Assembly (NCBI GenBank): GCA_910592345.1
Contig: CAJVPI010000340.1
Coordinates: 1 to 34,461 of the forward strand
Length of the DNA stretch: 34,461 nt
From: Paraglomus brasilianum
Lineage: Eukaryota
Direction: 5' to 3'
In this document: one piece after another, positions 1-8,884 of the stretch
How positions within the stretch are numbered: position 1 is the stretch's first letter
How the letters are laid out: each line of letters starts with the position of its first letter
Notes under the pieces: generated by a model
What the model saw: only the letters and a program-made list of their open reading frames with translations
What the model was told of the DNA's origin: nothing
The model's database searches: none
Position numbers and translations under genes: made by a program

Positions 1-379
1 GCCTGGAAAATTTAAGGAGTTATTATTATGTACGTTTAGGTAATACAACCGTTCGGATACTTATGTCCGCTTGTGTAACTCTTGGATTTATGTAAGGTAT
101 AATCATGTACGTATGCAACTGGAGCCTACTTATACTAATCTTTTTTCTGAAGAATAAACTTTCTTTGCTTTACTCATTGTATATAATAACCTGCATGTCA
201 CCTGTTGTATTGCCCATATGTCCAATGTGTTACAGAATTTTTTACACGTAACATAAAAATGTCTAGCGCGTTATGCTATGCATGCTACAAAACAGCTTGT
301 TTTGGGCTATATTTAGCAGTGCCATCATTACAACAACTTTTGAAAAGAAGCACAATTACAATGTCAGACTTTATTACAG

Positions 380-650
380 TTGTGGAACAATGGCATTTGG
401 AATGCCAAACGTATTCCACTCAGCACCATCTATGACAATATTGAAAAGCTGAAGAGACAATGATTCCTGGATTGCCAAAGCCTACCTGCAAGAACATGTT
501 TCAGAGATGCTGGAATGGCTATCCAACAATCTGGACTTAATCCCATCAAAAACATGTATAAAAGAGAATGCCCTGAAATATTGAGGATTTATGATATACG
601 AAGGAGTGACATAACATTTTAGATCAAGTATGCCTGTAAAACTTGCGCGA
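380..650 (+). mobile_element. Tc1/mariner transposase relic 1 (internally deleted)
   Basis: Manual translation gives LWNNGIWNAKRIPLSTIYDNIEKLK (380-454, N-terminal HTH-like). After a frameshift it continues DNDSWIAKAYLQEHVSEMLEWLSNNLDL/PIKNM (456-555), a degenerate form of the Tc1 QDNDPKH...W-P-x-x-SPDLNPIEN-W motif. SMP appears near 628. Confidence 0.65.
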
Positions 651-1004
651 GCACCACTATTACTATGTGAAAGCCTTTCCAAAATGTTACCAGCTATATC
701 TAATTTCTCAGCCATGTCAGCAATTTTGGATAAATGTTCACTTTGTTGCAATCTGCCCCAATTTAATTGATACAGTACACCTTTAGCGTTCAATCGTAGG
801 TGTAAACAAATAAAGAACGCAAAACTCCAATTTAATTGATACACATGGACATAAGTGTTGTCGATACAACTTATTGAATTATCATATCATAAACGTTCAA
901 TTGGGTTTTAAACAGGCCATGAATTGTTAAACCTCATCCTTCTATGGACTAGTTTAAAAAATATTACAAAGCTGGTGGGTATATTAATATAATGTGGATT
1001 GTTT

Positions 1005-1366
1005 TCCAAGTACTGTACATGTTGCTTTAAACAGATAATGTATGCCAAATTTTATGTTGAAATCCTTCAAATGCATACCCGGGATGCTAACGCGATTCAA
1101 CAAGACAGTGATCCAAACATACAAGTCGTCTTACCAAGGAATTCTTGCCGGAGAATGCTCCAGAAATTATGGACTAACCTTTCAACAAAATTTTGTGGGA
1201 CTATTAAGACAATGTAGAAAAGCTAATGCTAAAAAATAGAGATGTGAAAACATATTGGAAACACCCATAGTTTGGCGAGAGTCAATGCGGCGACGTTGTG
1301 AGCTTATAATTCGGTTGTTTTATATGAAATCTGTTTATGAAAGTTGAGGAGCAATGGCCCACTGTA
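1005..1366 (+). mobile_element. Tc1/mariner transposase relic 2 (DDE C-terminal half) with probable right end
   Basis: Across frameshifts it reads FKQIMYAKFYVEILQ...IQQDSDP/HTSRLTKEFLPENAPEIMD*PFN...ESMRRRCELI, matching Tc1 FQQDNDPKHTS...WP...SM-x-R-R-C motifs. It ends in ...GGCCCACTGTA (1356-1366), the reverse complement of a Tc1-type TA-CAGT terminus. Confidence 0.7.
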
Positions 1367-2042
1367 TAAGAATACAACATTTTATTTCTGTTGTTTTGTT
1401 GTTAACGGCTCGAGCACATTCGAATAGTAAACCCACTTGCGTATTAATATTGTCCTGCTCTAATAAAGCCTATTCGGATTGTTAGACCTTCCTCCCCAGC
1501 ATCTATCAGCATCGTAATCGTGTCTACTCCTCCGAACGCAGCCCAACTCTTTGTATTATTAACATTATGGATTATGAGTGGGTTGTTATTGTCTCACTGC
1601 GCGTCATAAGCATCAATTACGGCATCTCGGTCTCGGCATTTACTACTATTCCATATTCAAGTTTTCGAATGAGTCAATGTGTGATGCTGATTGTCTTCTT
1701 CTTGGTCTGACATCGATCATGAATAATAATTGTATTGAATGTAGACACAAAATTCTATTTGTTACCAGTTCGCAGATGGCTCATTAAAGTTCAGTAATTC
1801 ATATTCCATGGCCTGCCTAAATACAATTAAACATGAGTTATGTTTCAGAAAAGTATTGCTCCAAAAAATTAGGGGGGACAAAAAAAAGGTTGAAAGTACA
1901 TATTCTCTTGAGGAACGTCTAAAGTATTACTATTTGTAGGAATTTCGTGTTGTACAATTTGTGGGATTATATCAGCTTATAGAAGGTAAATTGTTTATAA
2001 TATTCGATGTCATCGAAACGAAAAGAAGGTGATATTGTTATT

Positions 2043-4169
2043 CTATGGATTAGTCGGATTATCTGGGGGTGGGCAGCAAAGGCTAGATGCACATGTCTCA
2101 TCCTCTGAGCAAAGTAATAAACAAGCAGACTCGTGAGTTTCCTATTAAAATATAACGAATAAACAGAATCAGCACAATTCAACTCTTAATTTACTGATCA
2201 CAAAAACTTCCATCACCACGACATTCCTTTTCTTACCATCTCATTATTAACCAACTGTTCGGTTCCCGATTTTAAACTCTTTATGATGATCCCCTTTCCG
2301 TCGGGACCGATTTTAACAAACTCGGGTTGAATAGTGGTCGAGTGTATTCCATATGCATGCATTGTTTGGCGTATTTTTGTTGCAATCAACATGTAATCGG
2401 CGCCTGGCATCAATAGCACGTGAAGAGAAGCAACCAGTTTATTTTCAGACAACTGCCATATATGAAGTTCGTGAACTGAGATGACTTCACTCATCTGTAG
2501 GAATAGAACCATTGAGTTGCTGTATGAACACGAATAGTCGAATAAAAGATACGCAAGTAGAAAAATTAAATATGACGTCTTACGGAGGCAATATCGTCAT
2601 GCACGCTGTCAATTTGAAGGCCTTTTGGAACACTTTGCAGTAAGATTAGACATGCACTTTTAACTGTTAGAGAATAAAAAAAAAGCCGTTAGAATTATCT
2701 TGCTATTTTTATGACATGCAAATTAAGTACACGCATATTTACCTAACGGCAATGCGGATGAGAATATTATGACTGTAATAACCAAACTACACTCACAAAA
2801 AGCTGTAAAGTTATTATCAACTACGACAACTTGCTGCAATTTATTAGTCGCATCCATCCACTTGCCTTATAACTGGATCCATGTAGAATCTCCAAGAATA
2901 AGTCGTATACTTAATAAACAGGGCAGTTGCAACTACGCCTAAGTTAACCGCAGAGGTTAATTGATCCGTCCGTATAATCACATAATTCTCATGCATAGTT
3001 TAAAGCTCAAATTACCAAAATTTCCTAGGAAATCACCAAGAACATGCAAGAATACGCCATGCATATTCAAACTATTGTGCGCATGCTTTTTACCATCCTT
3101 GCTGTGACCATGACCATGACTATGACTATGACCATCATCGTGTAAATTATGATCATGTCCATCGATACTAGAATCGAAAGAGGCTTGCTTTTTATCATTA
3201 TGTTTATGCTCGAGTTCTGTTATTGCTTGTGACTCGTCAGGAACACGGTTTTCTGCTGCTCCTAATTCCGCGTTACCACCATTTTCCGCAGCCGAGGAAG
3301 AGGAGGAAGAGGAAGAAGAGGAAAAAGACGAGGAGGGAGAGATGGTATCCGGATCAATTACAGCAGCAGCATTTGCTAATCCTTCAATAACAGATTGACG
3401 TCTAGCGGGATTGGCTGCTTCGACAATAGATTGACGCGATCTAGCAGGATGAACAAATATATCAATGGGAGGGGTTGACTCGATGCCCGTGGAATTTTTG
3501 GATCCATGATCGTGCGAATGGCCGTGCGAATGACCATGTGAATGGTTGTGTTCTAGATAAATAAGAAATATATCATCATGCGAGACCTCTTGTGAGAATA
3601 CAGACTTTTGATGTAAACTAACCGTGAAAAAGCAGTAAACCAATTATGTTCGAGGCCAGCCCCGCACTTCCAACAATAAGAACCATATTCGGATCGGTTA
3701 TTTCTGCAAAAACCATTCAAATCTTAATCATGTGAATAAATATACATGTACAGCGGGACAAACGAAAAACTAACCTCTTGGTTCGAAAAATCTCTCCACT
3801 GCGCTAAGGAAAATTGTGAAACACAAAGCAAGCAAGAAGACACCGTTTATAAGCGCACCCAAGATTTCTGCACGTATATAACCATAACTGAGTCGCTTAG
3901 GAGATGTCCTACTATTGACAAGCTATAATGATATAATACGGTAACGTTATGTTAATCAAACTTCCTTGCTATGCGGAATATAGACACTCGTTACTTACAC
4001 GCAAAGCGTATAACGCAACCACTAGACTCATAACATCATTAAGCATGTGAAATGAGTCAGCAACCAGTGCGAGTGAATGTACCGAGTACCCTGCTACTAT
4101 TTCTAGCAAGAAGAAAGCTGTATCAATGACTAACAGCAGTATAATACGGTGCTGCTTTGAGAGCCCCAT
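2043..4169 (-). CDS. ZRC1: Cation diffusion facilitator (CDF) zinc/cobalt transporter, ZRC1/COT1/ZnT1-like; 9 exons
   Basis: Spliced exons: 4169-3999, 3922-3775, 3703-3623, 3552-3016, 2938-2866, 2786-2743, 2663-2584, 2494-2237, 2141-2043. Motifs: SLALVADSFHMLND (TM2 HxxxD), SYGYIRAEILGALINGVFLLALCF, His-rich loop (HSHGHSHGHSH), NMHGVFLHVLGD (TM5 HxxxD), VHELHIWQL and HAYGIHSTTIQPEF. The final exon is Cys-rich (ACLLLCSEDETCASSLCCP). Confidence 0.93.
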
Positions 4170-4671
4170 TTTGAATATTTTGAATATTCGAACGTAATAA
4201 AGCCAAGGACAATATAAAAAAAACTGGGGAAAGGGCTTCAGTAACTTTTATAGATTTGTTCAGACACAAAAGTCTACCTTATATGGGCGGATATCTAAAA
4301 ACCTGTGCCAATATTTAATATCAATATAAATTTGTAAGGTCCGCTGTGTCACAAAACTGATCATCTCGCAGTTGAGCATATTAAATATTAAACATACATG
4401 TGGAAGATTATCCGATATCACGCCACAAACAATACACTTACAAATTCAGGGATAAGATTTTGCGACATATTAATGAGCCAAATATGTCATCCTTTGCAAG
4501 CAATCAAGAAAGGAAAGCAACTACGCTTTTAGCTGACACTAATGTTAATATTAAGGGCAAGAAAGAGAATTATGTGGATTTTCGAATTTCTTGCGAAACA
4601 TCATGACGATATTCCCACGACCATTAATCCCACAATAGTTTATTAGCAAAGTTATTATTATTATAAATTAA

Positions 4672-4800
4672 GGAGTTCAACAAACGTATTGATAGTATCG
4701 CCATTGTATAGTTAGACTGCTTACGTGTGAATGTAATATGCAAGCACATTTTGCATATAGCAACGTGGTTAAACTGGATTGTAACATATCAATAGTACTA
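4672..4800 (-). ncRNA. Candidate Fanzor omegaRNA scaffold region (predicted from position and hairpins)
   Basis: It overlaps and follows the Fanzor 3' end. There is a perfect 8-bp stem ATATGCAA-N7-TTGCATAT (4736-4758) and a 6-bp stem with one G-U pair, TCAATA-CGTT-TGTTGA on the minus strand (4677-4692), just before AT-rich flank. Confidence 0.4.
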
Positions 4801-6078
4801 TTTCTCCGGAGAGAATCAAGGCTCCATCAAGCAATGCCCGGAGGAAGATTCCCCGAGCGCCATTTTCATTACAGTTCCACAATTTCGGCGCTTGTACATC
4901 CTATTTTTGAAGTATAGGCCTCATTTTGGGTAATAACACGGACCCCTAATTCTTCTGCTTTAGCCACCAGGCGTTGGCGAAATTGATAGTGGCGGTTTTT
5001 TGTGTTATCCTTCTTGTTTTTCGATTTACCATTTCGACACCTCGGATGATAATGGCATCAAATTCGCGAGTAAAAAATGCGACACTCTTTTTATGATCTT
5101 CGCTTTGCAGGTGTTTGATTTTTCGTCGCATCCGAAGGATTGCCTTATCAAGTCGCAAGGCCTACGTTTTGAACTAGAGGCAGCCAGCTTGTCCTTTATA
5201 GAAAGAAGATTATCCATATGCTTGTATAGGCGAATAATTCGTCCAATGTCGTATTGGTCATTTTACCTACACCTTTAGTGGGAGAGTACCATGTGAAGGG
5301 TGTACGAACGCCGGGTCGATGGAAACTGCATGAATAGAACTATCCGCTTGGGTTTCGCGGAGTTGGTTTTGCGTCTCGTAAATTTCCATTCATTAGTTTT
5401 GCGAATATAGGTGATCTTGCAATCGGACGTTATTCTGTGAGGAATGGGCCACTTATTATCATGAGAAAGGGTGGGTGGTAGAGTGTTTGGATGTAGGATT
5501 GATGTGTGGATGCATAAGGCCTTTTTTTTTCCTGAAATGAAGCGGCCACAAATCGCGTTTGTCGTCCAGAGTGATAACAGGCTTATGACGGACGGAATGC
5601 GAAAAGCATTGATGGATTATGGAGTTTTGCGTTCTTTTATTAGTAGATGGATTATGGAGATGGGTGATATAGAAACGGTTCCGCGTGGATTTTGAAAAAT
5701 TCTGCGCACGAATTATTATCTTGTCCCTAAAATAAATAATAAACAATCATACCTAATCGCCTCATCGATAATTTTTGCAGGCGCTTTGCCATGTGTACCT
5801 TGAAGCAGCATTCAGTTCGCACGAATTTGCGCTCACCCCATACGCATGATTTTTGAAGTCTCTTGTCCTCATTCTCGTTAACGTCTTTTTCCTACACGAA
5901 CATCCGTGTAAAGCTTAAGCTTATCCAAACCCGTCGTGATGGACCGATATGCGAATCTTTGGTATAAAAATGGCGGTATCGACTCCAGCGGACAACTGCA
6001 TTATGACAAGCCCATCCACCGTTTCAATAGCTGCTTTTGAAGGTGATTTGGATATACTTTGATTGGCAGCGTACGATG
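4769..6078 (-). pseudogene. Fanzor2 / IS607 TnpB-like RNA-guided nuclease pseudogene
   Basis: Fragments across frameshifts, in order: RTLPIKVYPNHLQKQLLKRWMGLS/NAVVRWSR (N-terminal, ~6075-5975); KAPAKIIDEAIR; FRDKIIIRAQNF; RITSDCKITYIRKTNEW; AVSID-P/GVRTPFTWYSP (RuvC-I Asp at 5315-5317); RLDKAILRMRRKIKHLQSEDHKKSVAFFTREFDAIII; MVNRKTRRITQKT; HYQFRQRLVAKAEELGVRVITQNEAYTSK (Glu at 4920-4922); YKRRNCGTV (half zinc finger); ENGARGIFLRALLDG. The DRD of RuvC-III and the first CxxC are missing. Confidence 0.9.
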
Positions 6079-6129
6079 GAGAGCTTCCAAGTGTTATCGT
6101 TTGTTGCGTGCTGCTTGTCCTTATCTTGC

Positions 6130-6373
6130 ACTTTTTTCCTTGTTTGGGGTTCTCGTCGGGCGACTCTTCTTCCTTGATTGATTGCAAGGATATCTTGGGA
6201 AAGTTCGTGCTCGGAGAAGGTCGGTCACAATGGATAACCACAATTTCTGAGACCATGCCGCGACTTTTCCGTTCTAATAAGGTCTTAAGCTTGTAGGTTA
6301 GGGAGCTGAGGACCTCCTTTTGCTTAAACCCTTTTTTGGTGGGTTTGGCGGCGGCGGTGGTGGTTGTTAGCAT
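6130..6373 (-). pseudogene. IS607-family TnpA serine recombinase remnant
   Basis: Reads KKGF..KQKEVL..TYK-LKTLLERKSRGMVSEIVVIHCDR (compare IS607 TnpA GL-x-x-LL-E...G-x-V-x-EIVVAH-x-DRL). In a shifted frame it continues SEHELSQDILAIN-QGRR (compare C-terminal EQEL-x-EDLL-x-I...GRR). The catalytic Y-x-RVSS motif expected between KKGF and KQKE is absent. Confidence 0.75.
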
Positions 6374-6499
6374 TGAAGAGAGTTTATGTGTTTACGATTT
6401 TGATTTTTCAAATAAGCAAAATATTGCAATGGTTAAAGAATTTGGTGGATATTTAATAATGTCTTTAAATATTTTTGTATTTGAGTGGCGGAACCGAAA

Positions 6500-6567
6500 A
6501 CGCGCATGAAACATGCAATATTATATGGAACCTACGCGCATGAAACATGCAATCTCATATGGAGCCT
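6500..6567. repeat. Tandem 34-bp direct repeat (2 copies) upstream of TnpA
   Basis: ACGCGCATGAAACATGCAATATTATATGGAACCT (6500-6533) and ACGCGCATGAAACATGCAATCTCATATGGAGCCT (6534-6567), differing at 3 positions. Confidence 0.95.
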
Positions 6568-7525
6568 GTGCTTGCATTGAATTCTACGAAAACGGTTCTG
6601 AAGCTTTGACTACGAGCATACAACTCTCTCGGCAATACCCAAGGCAAATCCGTCCGAGTGAGAAATGATTACGCCGACCATAAAGGCTCCAAAGGTACAG
6701 TGCGTTTGGAATCAAATGCATAAACTTTATTTCCTTCCAAAATGCGCGTCTAATCAAAACAGTCAACTAATACGTTTTGTGCGTTCTAGGTACGACATAA
6801 ACTTGCATTTTAAGTTATAAATGTACTTTTGGTGAGAAAGGGATTTAAAATACTGCAGTGTAGAGCCTCACTACCATTAAATAATCGTATTTATACTTTT
6901 GCATTGATAGTGCAGCTTTGTTTGCTAAACATCATAACATTGGTGCGAATTATAGTAAATTGGTAGAACAAGAGGTCAGAGCGCCAGCCTTAATTGCATT
7001 ACTGATGATTGTAATGTTGCTTGATCAGGCAAAATACACGCCTCATTTGCCGACTTCAGATCAATTGAATATAAAATAACTTCACAATTAGGAAGGCAAT
7101 CCTGTGGGTCTTTTTCACATAAAACACATGCTTGTAAACGTTTTTATAACATTCTTTTAATAGTTCTAGATAAATATGTTCAAAAAGTATGAACTAATTT
7201 CAACAAAGATATCCATAGACTATATAGATACACATAGACTACAAAGAGACATTGGTAGGAAGACTTTCAATCTTTCTTCCTAAGAATACAAGCTAAAAAT
7301 AAGAACACGACCAACAATTACCTATTACCAACTAGTAAAAAAAATCCTTTTATGGCATCGATGATTTACAGATGATCAAGAATGTTATATAAATTCCTTT
7401 CCACTGAAATCTCGAAGTCTGCATTAACGATAATTCTTAGCACACCATTCTTATCAAATCACGTGCCTATTCATATTATCGCGCCCCCCCTTTAAAACAG
7501 TGTATTTCCTACCACTTCCACTAAA

Positions 7526-8884
7526 TTACTGTCTGTCGCTCAACAAGTACTCAATAGCAGCATTAACATTTCCCCCACAAGCCAATAAAGCCCTGATGTT
7601 CCTCTGCGCATCCCAGAAACCCATTTCATTCAACTGTTGTAACTGCACTTGGTACCTCTCCTCCGGAGGTTGTTGTGGTTGTTGATTGAAAGTACCACCA
7701 CCGCCACCACCAAGACCCCATAATAATTGTTCCAGAGGATTTCGTGTGTTTGTAGTGTTGGCCGCATTGTTACCGGTTGGATTAGCTACTGCTGGATTGA
7801 AAAGATTGAGAAAGGGGTTTGGTGCTGCTGTCGGATTTGAGGTATTCGTTGTATTAGTCGACGCTGCATTAGTGGAGTCACTCGGCGTATTTGTCGTCCC
7901 GGTATTTGCGCTCGCATTAAATCCAGGGTTCGCCCCAGGTGCACCTTGAGTCCCTAATCCGCCCATAACATTGGCAAAGTCCGTCGGAGGTGTCATCATC
8001 GTCGCGTACATCTCCGTCATACGCCTAATAAAGTCTGGATTCGCCATCATTGATTGTAGTGCTGGATTCTGCATTGCTGCCCTCACTTGTGAACCCATAT
8101 CTGCCAGTTGCGGATTTGATGCTATCACAGCGTCTAAAACAGCTGGATCGGACATCATTTGGGTGAGTTGCTGTAAAAATGCCGGATTATTAAACAAGTC
8201 TCCGAATGGCAATGGAGCGCCGGTGGCACTAGGAGCCGTCGTGTTTGTAAATGGGGGCGTCCCAAAGGGAGCGCCTAGATTTGCAAATGGATTGAACATA
8301 GGCTGAGCATTTTGTGGTGGCGGGGCAGATTGTTGTTGAGAGCTATTATTATTGCTTGATTGTTGGGATGAAGATGAACCTGTGAGTAAAAAAGAACGGT
8401 TATGAAAATCAATTAGCGATGACTTTAAGCGATAGAACTTGAAGCGTGGAAGTGGTGGTCATACAATACTATGACAGGAAAATTTTCGGATCTATCCGAT
8501 TTATTTCCGCTGCGCAGTTTCTACTCCAATTCATTATCTACCCAGAAATTGAACCACCTTCTCTTCTTATAAACCATGTATGCACAATTGACTCTCTAAT
8601 ACCCTATTGCTCCTCCAGATCACTAATTTTCCAAGTCCGCACATACCACCAGGTGGTGCTCCTCGAACCATGTGAACAGTATGTCCGTCAGCGATCTTGT
8701 AAGTCTCCAAATTATCAGTGTCCTTCAGTACTCGCCCAGAGTAAATTAACCTCTGTCTCTCTGGAGGAGTATCACAGTTCTCTGCAATTGCTTTCTTGAA
8801 GTCAAGAACCGTCTTGGAAGTGTCTATAGTGACGGAATATTTGGTGTCGTTTGCACATTTGACAGTAACTGTAATGTCGGGCAT
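7526..8884 (-). CDS. DSK2: Ubiquilin (UBL-STI1-UBA proteasome shuttle factor); 2 exons
   Basis: Exon 1 (8884-8647) encodes the UBL domain (ITVTVKC...[16 protein letters not shown]...[11 protein letters not shown]). A GT-AG intron spans 8646-8380. Exon 2 (8379-7526) has STI1-like NP/M-rich repeats and the UBA domain [43 protein letters not shown]. Confidence 0.95.

Larger units (their letters stand above)
4670..6570 (-). mobile_element. Decayed IS607-like element (TnpA serine recombinase + Fanzor2/TnpB); boundaries approximate
   Basis: A TnpA remnant is followed on the same strand by an overlapping TnpB-like remnant, the IS607 gene order. Direct repeats lie upstream and hairpins downstream. 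No introns are evident. Confidence 0.8.

Noticed and set aside
482..844. 120-aa minus-strand ORF
   Set aside because: It lies antisense to the Tc1 relic, and its repeated YQLNW comes from a 17-bp DNA duplication.
4200..4400. Zap1-type zinc-responsive element upstream of ZRC1
   Set aside because: Only half-matches (ACCTT near 4276, AAGGT near 4336) and no ACCTTNAAGGT.
4769..6078. Active Fanzor nuclease at this locus
   Set aside because: Multiple frameshifts, including one within DPG, plus loss of half the zinc finger and of the RuvC-III Asp. The gaps are not explained by GT-AG introns.
5921..6373. 150-aa ORF as an intact gene
   Set aside because: Only the first ~50 codons are in the TnpA frame. 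The rest is out-of-frame read-through over the TnpA C-terminus and the Fanzor start.
7686..8306. Plus-strand ORFs of 87 and 111 aa
   Set aside because: Antisense shadows of DSK2 exon 2.
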